Shown here in pieces: positions 1-7,863 of a stretch of DNA of 33,503 nt. Position numbers and translations under genes: made by a program. Numbering within the stretch: position 1 is the first letter of the stretch; each line of letters starts with the position of its first letter. The stretch is from positions 1 to 33,503 of the IMG/VR virus record IMGVR_UViG_3300017719_000074. One strand, 5' to 3'. The stretch is from a virus. Its lineage: Duplodnaviria; Caudoviricetes. The notes beneath the pieces are model-generated. The model was not told the origin of the DNA, searched no databases, and saw nothing but the letters and a program-made list of their open reading frames with translations.

Positions 1-46
1 GCTTTACGTATTTTACACCACGATAGATATATACTAGTTCTTTCAT
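1..46 (-). CDS. Small protein, 5' part only (MKELVYIYRGVKYVK...), DUF4278-like YRGxxY motif
   Basis: Not in the ORF track. ATG at 46 with AAGGAG RBS and a late promoter at 127-134; runs off the window edge. Confidence 0.7.
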   Translation of the reverse strand, partial: MKELVYIYRGVKYVK

Positions 47-126
47 CGTAATTCTCCTTGTTCGGATTATACGATTCGTTTTGACGCATGAACCTATGCG
101 AGTCGATAAAGATGACCACTCTAAAT

Positions 127-134
127 TATTTATA
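127..134 (-). promoter_or_regulatory. T4-type late promoter TATAAATA
   Basis: Exact consensus, intergenic, directly after the gp32 terminator. Confidence 0.8.
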
Positions 135-160
135 AAAAAAGGAGCCCCGAAGGACTCCTT
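134..160 (-). terminator. Intrinsic terminator after gp32
   Basis: GGAGUCC-UUCG-GGGCUCC followed by U7; the cUUCGg tetraloop is typical of T4-like phages. Confidence 0.92.
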
Positions 161-235
161 AAAGCGGTATGGTTCCAAGGTTAGACGCCAAGCCCATACT
201 TCTTATTGATCCGTAGGTTCTACTACGGTGTTCTT

Positions 236-1129
236 TTAACTCTCTTGAGCTAGCTTAGCAAAATAGCTGAGAGTATCATCTTCCTCAGCTTCAGCAGTAT
301 TACCTACCGGAGCAGATTCAGCAGCCATGACTGGTTCAGCAACTGATTGAGCTACTACAGGTTCTGCTGCAATAGGACCAGCTTCTACACCCAATACCTT
401 ATTGAACTTAGCTTTCAATTCAGCATATGACTTGTAGTTTTCAGCCTTAGTGAAGTCTGCAAGGGAATGAACCTTAGCATATACTTCTTCTAGCTTATCT
501 TCGTCTGAGTTATACAGAGCTGATTGACTACCAAACTCTGACTTGTCGTAGTTAACCCAACCTTCAACCTTACGAATCTTAATCTTAAAGTCAGCACCTT
601 CCCAGAAATCATAAGGGTTGACAGGATCTTCATCTTGGAATTGAGGTTGCATTACATCCATAATCTTATCAAAGATCTTCTTACCAAACTTATAAAGGAA
701 TACTTTACCTTCATTCTCTGGGTTAGAAGGATCCGAAATAACAAGGATATTTGAAACATAATGTAGACGACGCTTACGTTCACGAGCAAGTGCTTTATCT
801 TCATCTCGACCACTGTTCCACAAGATAGTGTTTGCTTCTGAAACTGGATCATCCTGACCAATAGAAGTTAAAGAGTTTTCGATATACCACATACCGGTTG
901 GTCCTTGGAAACCATGATCCCAGTAACGAGCCCACGGTAGATCTTCACCTTCTTTTGGCGGAAGGAATCGAACTACTGCATAACCATTACCAGCTTTATC
1001 ACGTGAAGGCTTCCAAAAACGGTCATCACCGTATGATTTTGTTTCTGCTTTTTGAGATACAGCTTCTGCTGCTTGAACGAGTTTGTCAATGGACGAGCCA
1101 CGACTAGATTTTAAATTACTTAAAGACAT
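236..1129 (-). CDS. gp32: Single-stranded DNA-binding protein gp32
   Basis: DDRFWKP, GNGYAVVRFLP, FGKKIFDKI, GADFKIKIRKVEGWVNYDKSEF and an acidic tail ending SYFAKLA. Confidence 0.97.
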   Translation of the reverse strand: MSLSNLKSSRGSSIDKLVQAAEAVSQKAETKSYGDDRFWKPSRDKAGNGYAVVRFLPPKEGEDLPWARYWDHGFQGPTGMWYIENSLTSIGQDDPVSEANTILWNSGRDEDKALARERKRRLHYVSNILVISDPSNPENEGKVFLYKFGKKIFDKIMDVMQPQFQDEDPVNPYDFWEGADFKIKIRKVEGWVNYDKSEFGSQSALYNSDEDKLEEVYAKVHSLADFTKAENYKSYAELKAKFNKVLGVEAGPIAAEPVVAQSVAEPVMAAESAPVGNTAEAEEDDTLSYFAKLAQES

Positions 1130-1196
1130 ATTATTTTTTCTCCGTTGTATTAATTGTATTGTCTGAATTATCCACTTTATACATAATATAATCTAT

Positions 1197-1225
1197 ATTA
1201 TAACACACTATCATTAATTTGTAAA
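1197..1225 (-). promoter_or_regulatory. Early sigma70-type promoter for gp32
   Basis: TTTACA-N17-TATAAT with TGTG extended -10. Confidence 0.8.
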
Positions 1226-1801
1226 GGCCTTTGTTACGATCTTTATCATTTTATTTCGGTCAATCGAAACGTATGGATCGTACTTATGAACTTTACGTGA
1301 GATATCAGGCCACATGATAGTCTCGGTTATTTGTTTATCTGCTTTATTCATAAACCCTGTGAGCTTATGAAGTATGACCACAGTTTCTAAACAAATTTCT
1401 TCTTGCATAAATGCTTTAATAACTATTGGGTATTCGTTATCTTGGCATTCAAGCAACTCATCGAATGAATTGACCAGCGACGACATTATATTTATATCAT
1501 TTTTAAACTTATAAGATAATGATTCGTGTACCTTCACCATATCATTATAGTTAGCTTCACCATCAGGACCTAGCATATCACCAACATACTTTACGTCCTT
1601 AATGAAGTTAGACACATAATATTTAACAAGATCTTTACCGTATGTCTTACCCAACTTAGCAAAGAAATACTTGTCCCTTCGTTTAAAAAAAGATTGAGGA
1701 TTCACCCGAGTCTTATAATGATACTTTACGGCATTATACCCATCTGTTTCAAAATGTAGCTTTAATGCGTTATAAAGTTTATAAGACTCGAATGGATCCA
1801 T
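1214..1801 (-). CDS. gp59: Helicase loader gp59
   Basis: YKLYNALKLHF, YNAVKYHYK, SFFKRRDKYFFAKL; adjacent to gp32. Start MDPFESY at 1801 is more likely than the track start at 1822. Confidence 0.92.
   Translation of the reverse strand: MDPFESYKLYNALKLHFETDGYNAVKYHYKTRVNPQSFFKRRDKYFFAKLGKTYGKDLVKYYVSNFIKDVKYVGDMLGPDGEANYNDMVKVHESLSYKFKNDINIMSSLVNSFDELLECQDNEYPIVIKAFMQEEICLETVVILHKLTGFMNKADKQITETIMWPDISRKVHKYDPYVSIDRNKMIKIVTKAFTN
1489..1496 (-). promoter_or_regulatory. Possible late promoter inside gp59 serving gp32
   Basis: Exact TATAAATA, intragenic. Confidence 0.45.
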
Positions 1802-1802
1802 T

Positions 1803-2060
1803 TTACTTAAGGCAAGACTCATAGAGTGCTTCCAAGTCTTCCATTTCGCCAGTCACTTGAGCAAGAGTTTGCTTATGATATACTCGAGCCAACTTATTCA
1901 GATACTTTTTATCGATATCAACCTTATCATTAAGTACTTCAATAGCTTCTTTAATATAAGCTTTCTCAGAATCGATTCGAACCATTGAATTGGAGATCTC
2001 AGTCATAGCATCTTTAATGGTCTTACGATCGTTTGGTGATGATGGAATAATAATACTCAT
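1803..2060 (-). CDS. dsbA: dsDNA-binding protein DsbA (T4-type)
   Basis: IKDAMTEISNSMVRIDSEKAYIKE...KLARVYHKQ...LYE pattern; located between gp33 and gp59. Confidence 0.8.
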   Translation of the reverse strand: MSIIIPSSPNDRKTIKDAMTEISNSMVRIDSEKAYIKEAIEVLNDKVDIDKKYLNKLARVYHKQTLAQVTGEMEDLEALYESCLK

Positions 2061-2092
2061 TTTTGTTTCCTTTATAGTTTAATTTAATTTTA

Positions 2093-2359
2093 TTACAGTG
2101 GCAATTTGTTGCCAGTTTCTACCTTTATTAATTTTAACTCTGATGCTTCTACTTCTAACTTTTGTTTAATGGAATCTGATAACAACCGCTTTACGTTTGT
2201 ATAGTCCATCATTCTTTCTTCAGCTAAGTATGTAATAGCATCAATATAACTTAACTGTTTTGTTATGACAATTGATTCAACTGCTGCAGAGAATCTTTTC
2301 TTTGTCATTATTTTAAAGTCTTCTAATTCACTCAATTCATGACCCTCAGTAATATACAA
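2093..2359 (-). CDS. gp33: Late transcription co-activator gp33
   Basis: FSAAVESIV...LSYIDAI...VKRLLSDSIKQKLEVEASELKLIK...KLPL; synteny. Start codon uncertain. Confidence 0.88.
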   Translation of the reverse strand: MYITEGHELSELEDFKIMTKKRFSAAVESIVITKQLSYIDAITYLAEERMMDYTNVKRLLSDSIKQKLEVEASELKLIKVETGNKLPL

Positions 2360-3504
2360 TCCTTGTTAATTCGACCAGCTGGTACACTGACCTTCGTAGT
2401 AAGACCTTTAAAGACATTATCAATTTGTTTCTGTGTCTTCTTTAGAATCTCTGGTAGTATATCATCCGGCTTTCGAAGCCCACATGATCTACTTAATGTA
2501 GTATCAAAGTTCTTTAATGTTGAACCTTGTACCATGAACCCCGCAGAGTTATCTGTAACGAACTCTGTGAGCCTCTTCTGTTTAACATTATAAACATATA
2601 GGACCCTCGCGCCTGGGATCTGAAGAGGACTGATAGACGCTAACTTACTACCAATATCTTCCTTCAGATAATTAAGCTTGGACACCTGTTTATCTGAAGA
2701 CTTTGGCTTAATAGCACGAGTCTTACGTACTGCTTTATTTGCCATTTGAGCTTTCTCAATATCAGCTAAGACAGTATCCAATTGCTTGATTGCTTTCTTT
2801 AACTGAGGTCTTGTCCAATGAGAATATGCTTCGACAGCTTGTTCACACTCTTTATTATACGATTCGCTTAATTCATTATACAATGGTTGTATTTGATCGG
2901 CAAACATTTTAACGCCTGGACCTTTAATACCATGTCGTTTAATTGCATTGAACGCATCAAACTTTGAAGTAAAATCTTTATCAAGCCAAGGATCAACTAC
3001 AGCCTCATCGAATTCTGCATAGAGTGTTTCCATCATTTTAGTGCGCATACGATCTTGAATCGATATAACCACCTTCGGTTCAGCTGTATTTTCTACAACT
3101 TCTTCTTCAACGATTTGTTTACCCTCTTCAATTAGACCGTTTATATGAGTAACAATAAGATTGCGTTCCCTATCGTTATAATTAAATCCAGTGAAGTGAA
3201 TGGCTGTCAGCTTTGATACTGGTAAGAAACGACCATCTTTAAGCTTCTTAAGATTCTTTAAGTCATCTTTATCGAGCTGAAGGTATTCCTTAGCATAACG
3301 AATCGCCTCAACTTTAAAGTCCTTCGGGCTAAGTTTATAGTTGAACCAATTGGCAGCTTTACTCCACTTAGCCCAATACCCATCTTCATCTTTTGGGGTA
3401 GTGGCTTCTGTGAAAACTGGCATTGGGCCAAGGTGTTGACTTTCGATAGAAGTACGATTACTTCTACCCTTAGCTCGTTTCTTTTCTAGTGCTGCTGACG
3501 CCAT
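2332..3504 (-). CDS. Conserved T4-like hypothetical protein (390 aa)
   Basis: Long ORF with GAGGAG RBS and its own early promoter; C-terminal LRKPDDIL...GRINKDCILLRV. Confidence 0.85.
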   Translation of the reverse strand: MASAALEKKRAKGRSNRTSIESQHLGPMPVFTEATTPKDEDGYWAKWSKAANWFNYKLSPKDFKVEAIRYAKEYLQLDKDDLKNLKKLKDGRFLPVSKLTAIHFTGFNYNDRERNLIVTHINGLIEEGKQIVEEEVVENTAEPKVVISIQDRMRTKMMETLYAEFDEAVVDPWLDKDFTSKFDAFNAIKRHGIKGPGVKMFADQIQPLYNELSESYNKECEQAVEAYSHWTRPQLKKAIKQLDTVLADIEKAQMANKAVRKTRAIKPKSSDKQVSKLNYLKEDIGSKLASISPLQIPGARVLYVYNVKQKRLTEFVTDNSAGFMVQGSTLKNFDTTLSRSCGLRKPDDILPEILKKTQKQIDNVFKGLTTKVSVPAGRINKDCILLRVMN

Positions 3505-3530
3505 AAATTCTCTCCTCTAATAATAACTAT

Positions 3531-3560
3531 ATTATAACACACTTTTAACGTTAAGTAAAC
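3531..3560 (-). promoter_or_regulatory. Early promoter
   Basis: GTTTACT-N17-TATAAT with TGTG extension, resembling the T4 early GTTTAC -35 box. Confidence 0.85.
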
Positions 3561-3562
3561 AG

Positions 3563-3859
3563 TTATTTTCCTATGTGCTTAATATCGCTATTAGGAACTA
3601 CTTGATATGCACCTTTATTAAATGCAATTGATACAGTATACTGAGATGAGATTTCTTTCTTATAAGAATCATCTTGCACAGTCTGTACCGCTGGTGTAAG
3701 AGGAGCAGACTTATATTCTTGTCTATCCTCATATGATGGATGTACTGATTTTACTTCCATTGGTTGAAATTTTGGTTTATACTTCTTACACTTATTCAGT
3801 GCTTTTGATTTACGTTTACGACCATGATGATCATAACGCAAAGAATTAGTATACATCAT
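3563..3859 (-). CDS. Hypothetical basic protein (98 aa)
   Basis: ORF coupled to its upstream gene; C-terminal AFNKGAYQVV motif. Confidence 0.8.
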   Translation of the reverse strand: MMYTNSLRYDHHGRKRKSKALNKCKKYKPKFQPMEVKSVHPSYEDRQEYKSAPLTPAVQTVQDDSYKKEISSQYTVSIAFNKGAYQVVPNSDIKHIGK

Positions 3860-4134
3860 TAATAGTCATCCTGCATCGACTGGTAATTTTCGTACATTGT
3901 AGAACCTTTGATATAGTCATCAACTTCTCTATCTGAGTAATACATATTCTGTTCTGAGAAAGCATCAAGATTTTTTGGTGCAAACTGACCGGCCTTCTTC
4001 ACGGACTTAGTGAGAGCACGAGTATCTTGTAGAGCAATGCGTTCTTGAAGCTTTGTTTTTTTCTGGACGTTTTTATGAGCCTTTTTGATCATACGTAAAC
4101 GTTGTGCTTGAGTAAGCGGTTTTGATTCTGCCAT
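3859..4134 (-). CDS. Hypothetical protein (91 aa)
   Basis: First gene after the early promoter at 4168-4197. Confidence 0.75.
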   Translation of the reverse strand: MAESKPLTQAQRLRMIKKAHKNVQKKTKLQERIALQDTRALTKSVKKAGQFAPKNLDAFSEQNMYYSDREVDDYIKGSTMYENYQSMQDDY

Positions 4135-4167
4135 AATATAGATCCATTTTCATTAATTTATGTTGCT

Positions 4168-4197
4168 ATTATACCATGAGTATACGTGAATGTACAC
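4168..4197 (-). promoter_or_regulatory. Early promoter
   Basis: GTGTACA-N17-TATAAT with an A-rich UP element upstream. Confidence 0.85.
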
Positions 4198-4310
4198 TAT
4201 TTTTTTACATTTTTTTTATAAATATCCAATGCAAAGATTGCTGCTGCACAGCTCATAGGTCCACCAACAATGGCGAACATTATAAAATATGCTAAACTTG
4301 GTTCTGCCAT
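4197..4310 (-). CDS. Small membrane peptide (37 aa, MAEPSLAYFIMFAIVGGPMSCAAAIFALDIYKKNVKK)
   Basis: Not in the track; fills the gap exactly, AAGGA RBS, one hydrophobic helix and a basic tail. Confidence 0.65.
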   Translation of the reverse strand: MAEPSLAYFIMFAIVGGPMSCAAAIFALDIYKKNVKK

Positions 4311-4314
4311 AGTC

Positions 4315-4539
4315 TTATCCTTCGGTTAAAAAGCTTTCGTACTCACCAGGCATCATACCGGTGATGAGGAACTCGCGCTGATCAGCATCGAGAGTAGGAA
4401 AAACATCCTGGACGAGAGTGTTTGTATTCTCGTATATATCCAGTTGTTTTTGTGTCACAGGTAAATCCATGACGTTTACTTTGTTGGTCATCTTATTCAG
4501 TTTATATACTAACATAATATAGTCCTTATTCTTCTTCAA
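4315..4539 (-). CDS. Hypothetical protein
   Basis: LVQDVFPTLDADQREFLITGM motif; probable start at MLVYKL after AAGGA. Confidence 0.8.
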   Translation of the reverse strand: MKKNKDYIMLVYKLNKMTNKVNVMDLPVTQKQLDIYENTNTLVQDVFPTLDADQREFLITGMMPGEYESFLTEG

Positions 4540-4804
4540 TAGTTACTTTGTAAGTTTTTCCGTTTTCATCCATCACTTTAATAGTGCGCTTAAGCGATAG
4601 TAAGTATCCTTCTTCTTCATCCAAATCCATATATGGCCCTTGGATATCGTGTATAAGAGTATCTTTAGCAGCGCTATCACTAATCAATGCTTTTTTAATT
4701 TTATCTGAAATGTAATCATTATATACTGGGTGTATCATACTAAGTTTGCGCTCCAAAATTTCGCTGCTAATTTCTCTTCTAGTTTGTGTGCTTCTTTTTC
4801 CCAA
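4526..4804 (-). CDS. Hypothetical protein
   Basis: ORF; the real start is probably MIHPVY at 4738 (ATGA overlap with the upstream stop). Confidence 0.7.
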   Translation of the reverse strand: MGKRSTQTRREISSEILERKLSMIHPVYNDYISDKIKKALISDSAAKDTLIHDIQGPYMDLDEEEGYLLSLKRTIKVMDENGKTYKVTIEEE

Positions 4805-5187
4805 GGTAGATCCATATAGTCTACAGTATCATCATTAACATGGGCTGACTTCCATCGTATTCCCTTAGGATTGATAGTAGTATCTAGTTGCCCTCTTGCG
4901 AACTGTCTAACATGAACCATTTCATGAAGTACCGTGCGAACGATCATGCTGATGTTCATGGTCTTATTTACTTCAATAATGAAACTTCTCATTGGCTTAT
5001 TGCGACCAGAGTTCTCAGTCTCAGCGACTGAACATAAACCATAACTACCTTCGCCTAAGTTTTTAAAGGCAATGTCTATGTCCAAACTACTTAACCGAGT
5101 AAGACCAAGCTCCATCATAGCAAATACCGCTGCGGTACTAGCTATTTCGCGATTTGCTTTAGTTGATCCAGTAAGGTTGAGAAGCAT
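4735..5187 (-). CDS. Zinc metallopeptidase-like protein (HEXXH, SprT-like)
   Basis: VLHEMVHVRQF followed by YMDLPWEKEA. Confidence 0.8.
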   Translation of the reverse strand: MLLNLTGSTKANREIASTAAVFAMMELGLTRLSSLDIDIAFKNLGEGSYGLCSVAETENSGRNKPMRSFIIEVNKTMNISMIVRTVLHEMVHVRQFARGQLDTTINPKGIRWKSAHVNDDTVDYMDLPWEKEAHKLEEKLAAKFWSANLV

Positions 5188-5192
5188 TTTTG

Positions 5193-5287
5193 AAGTCCTG
5201 TTTAATTAATTTATGTAGCTATTATACCAAGATTTTTATCGAATGTACACCATTATTTTCATTATTTTTAGATTCTTTTGATATAAG
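5193..5287 (-). repeat. 95-bp early promoter cassette, copy 1
   Basis: Aligns without gaps to 13786-13880; 15 mismatches by manual count, 9 of them in the promoter spacer. Contains TGTACA(5244-5249)-N17-TATAAT(5221-5226). Confidence 0.9.
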
Positions 5288-5392
5288 CTTATTACTTTTT
5301 GTTATATCATCTTCAGTAACAATGACTGTTTGCTGAAATCGGTTAGGGAGTCTCTTTGCACCAGTAGCTCTTCTAACGGCGGTCCTTCTCAT
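5222..5392 (-). CDS. Small ORF (56 aa, MRRTAVRRATGAKRLPNRFQQTVIV...) reading through the promoter cassette
   Basis: Not in the track; AAGGAG RBS, directly downstream of the promoter at 5423-5452. Confidence 0.55.
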   Translation of the reverse strand: MRRTAVRRATGAKRLPNRFQQTVIVTEDDITKSNKLISKESKNNENNGVHSIKILV

Positions 5393-5422
5393 TCTTTTCT
5401 CCTTTGATTAATTTATATGGGT

Positions 5423-5452
5423 ATTATAAGCTATTCTGAGACTAATGTACAC
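5423..5452 (-). promoter_or_regulatory. Early promoter
   Basis: GTGTACA-N17-TATAAT followed by the shared ATAAATTAAT element. Confidence 0.85.
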
Positions 5453-5500
5453 CCTAAAGCGTGACTATATAGTCATTTGTGGTCTTCTTTCAACATGCGT

Positions 5501-5524
5501 AAAAAAACCGCCGGAGGGCGGTTT
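5501..5524 (-). terminator. Intrinsic terminator of the 5531-7525 operon
   Basis: AAACCGCC-CUCC-GGCGGUUU followed by a U run. Confidence 0.9.
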
Positions 5525-5530
5525 CTCGTT

Positions 5531-5986
5531 TTACTTTAGAGGATTACTTAGATAATCCATTCCGTCCCAAAGTTCTTGTATTTCTCTTTGTATCTTAGAG
5601 ATTTTGCCTTCGAACTTTTCGATATCTTTGACAGATACTTCAGCCCGTTGTACTATACCTTTCATGACTTCCATTTCTTTTTCGACTGCAGTTAATTGCT
5701 CTTGGAGTAAAAGCAACTTAGTCTGTTGTGTCATGATTGTTTCGAGATTAACACCAATAGTCGCTAATTTAGATTGTAGCTGAGATATATTGTTATCATC
5801 GAGTTCCTGTTTAATCAACTGAATGTCCTCATGGAGAACAGTTGTATCAGGTATCTCATAGGCTTCTACAGCTTCGAGTCTTGCATAGACTGATGATGCT
5901 GTCCATATTCCCCCTGCAATTGTAGATATAAACGCAAGTACAACTGCAATTTGCGCTCCACTAAATCCTACACCATCAATTTTCAT
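5531..5986 (-). CDS. Membrane-anchored coiled-coil protein (151 aa)
   Basis: N-terminal hydrophobic helix (IAVVLAFISTIAGGIW) then heptad repeats. Confidence 0.85.
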   Translation of the reverse strand: MKIDGVGFSGAQIAVVLAFISTIAGGIWTASSVYARLEAVEAYEIPDTTVLHEDIQLIKQELDDNNISQLQSKLATIGVNLETIMTQQTKLLLLQEQLTAVEKEMEVMKGIVQRAEVSVKDIEKFEGKISKIQREIQELWDGMDYLSNPLK

Positions 5987-6855
5987 CGGTTAATGTCCTC
6001 ATCACATTCTGTTCCAGCAAAGAAACAGCTATTCTTCGTAGGTCCATTTAAGTAGAAATCACTATCAGAACCATTGAATAAAACATCTGATCTTGATAGC
6101 ATAAGATCAATTCCAAACTGGTCAGTGCCATCTACCCAGACCGCGTAACCTTGGTTTTGAGCTGAAAAGTCTAAAAGTACTGCACTAGACTGATGTACAA
6201 AAGATAGGTTATCAGCTGCTTCCGTGAATCGTACACCTGCATTGTCTGCACCTTCCTGAAGCCAGGCTGAGGCACCTTCGTCGGATGCTACTGCAAGATA
6301 TGCTGTTGCGTTCGCGGCATGAGTTGCCACATCATCAAGGCTGTCGTTATAAGAATCTACAGTGTCTTGATCGACTGAAAGAAGTTGTTCGTTAGCTGAT
6401 ACATAATCTTGAAGATCTTCCTGCTTTTGAACATCATCGGTTTGTTGTGCTTCAACTGCCATATCGGCAATCTCTACTACTGATACGAGAGCGACTGTAG
6501 CTTCTGCAAAGTCATCAATAGCATCGTCCATTAAACCAAGCTCTATTTCCCCTTGGTCGGTTAAGAACTCTTGAGCAGTGTAAGCTGCAAAGTTTGATAT
6601 CTCTTGAAGTGCGCTATTATAAGCAGCTACTTCCTGGGATGATATTTGAGCATCAGACTGAATTCCGTATTCGGCAATACCGGTATTATAGGCACTCATA
6701 ACAGTGGCCGCACCAACATACTGAATACCTAGATCAAGTTTATTCGCAATAGCACTTGAAGCATTTACTAGGTTATCCAGCTCATTCGCTGTCGCTGTTG
6801 CGGAAACGCTCAGAAATAGACATACCGCTGCCGTTTTCATCTGTTTCAGTTTCAT
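5983..6855 (-). CDS. Exported, very acidic helical protein (290 aa)
   Basis: Signal peptide ending ATATA; mature region rich in D/E/A with almost no K/R. Confidence 0.85.
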   Translation of the reverse strand: MKLKQMKTAAVCLFLSVSATATANELDNLVNASSAIANKLDLGIQYVGAATVMSAYNTGIAEYGIQSDAQISSQEVAAYNSALQEISNFAAYTAQEFLTDQGEIELGLMDDAIDDFAEATVALVSVVEIADMAVEAQQTDDVQKQEDLQDYVSANEQLLSVDQDTVDSYNDSLDDVATHAANATAYLAVASDEGASAWLQEGADNAGVRFTEAADNLSFVHQSSAVLLDFSAQNQGYAVWVDGTDQFGIDLMLSRSDVLFNGSDSDFYLNGPTKNSCFFAGTECDEDINR

Positions 6856-7525
6856 TTGTTTCTCCTATTCCTAGAATTTTGTTATACCACTCTTGGGTGG
6901 CAGTATATTTTGAAATCTCAATATTACGACAAGTTCTTTTACCTTTCTTGACTTCGCAAACTTTTTGATTTCCTTCTTCTTCTATAACAAAACCATAATC
7001 TGGAATATACAATTCGGGACTTGACTTCATAGCCAAATACGCACGTTTTCCTACCAGCAATTTCCCTCTTGCTAAAATTGGACATGGTGTTCCTGATATA
7101 AACATAGAACGCCAAACGTTTAGATCTTGACACATCCTAGCAACCGCAGCTACTTTCATACCAAGATCGGATAATACTTTAGAATCTCTTCTTCGATTAC
7201 ACTTATCATCATCTTTAAACCTACCACCCGACATACCAAAAACACCTGACGATATAGATCCTGAAGCACCTTGCAAACAAGTTTCTACACCATTGCTCAT
7301 ATATGACGGGCTGATAGCAGATGGTGGTGGTATAGCTTTACTTGAACCAGCACCATTGTAATTATTGATAGTTTCTTGTGATTCAGTATTATTATTACTA
7401 CTAACAGTTGAACCCACATTAGACGTATTTAAACTACCATCTTGCGAATTGGTGCTGTCAATTTCGTCATCTGTAGCAAGTGCAACATTACACATTAATA
7501 ACAAAATAATAATATACTTTTTCAT
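6782..7525 (-). CDS. Exported cysteine-containing protein (247 aa)
   Basis: Signal peptide ending VALA, S/N-rich linker, PPPSAISP...C...C...MC...PCP motif. Confidence 0.85.
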   Translation of the reverse strand: MKKYIIILLLMCNVALATDDEIDSTNSQDGSLNTSNVGSTVSSNNNTESQETINNYNGAGSSKAIPPPSAISPSYMSNGVETCLQGASGSISSGVFGMSGGRFKDDDKCNRRRDSKVLSDLGMKVAAVARMCQDLNVWRSMFISGTPCPILARGKLLVGKRAYLAMKSSPELYIPDYGFVIEEEGNQKVCEVKKGKRTCRNIEISKYTATQEWYNKILGIGETNETETDENGSGMSISERFRNSDSE

Positions 7526-7541
7526 TTCAACCTCATACGTT

Positions 7542-7549
7542 TATTTATA
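7542..7549 (-). promoter_or_regulatory. T4-type late promoter TATAAATA
   Basis: Exact consensus, intergenic, followed by GAGG RBS and the ATG at 7525. Confidence 0.85.
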
Positions 7550-7578
7550 CAAATACACCTTTAAATCGTGTTTATTTT

Positions 7579-7851
7579 TTATCCACCAGCCATGACAGCT
7601 GTTGCAACCAAGTGGCCGTTAGTGCCACCGGAAATAGTATCAGTAGGACCCTTTTGAATAAAGAAAGTTTCCTTTGAGCCAATTCGAATTGTGCCAGGAA
7701 ATGTTGGCTTGGTGTCACCAACAGACGCGACTGTCAATACAACAGTTGAACCTGCGGTGTTATGTATACACACACAACTTGCTAAGTCCATATTTGAGGG
7801 TGTTGCCATAGTTTCGTATGATGTTCCTAATAGAGTGATTACCTGTGACAT
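7579..7851 (-). CDS. Hypothetical small beta-rich protein (90 aa), possibly virion-associated
   Basis: AAGGAG RBS; T/G/V-rich; last gene of a late operon. Confidence 0.75.
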   Translation of the reverse strand: MSQVITLLGTSYETMATPSNMDLASCVCIHNTAGSTVVLTVASVGDTKPTFPGTIRIGSKETFFIQKGPTDTISGGTNGHLVATAVMAGG

Positions 7852-7863
7852 GTTATTTTCTCC

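Noticed and set aside
161-235. tRNA gene in the gp32 3' region
   Set aside because: No cloverleaf, TTCGA T-loop or acceptor stem could be built. No tRNA was recognised anywhere in the window.
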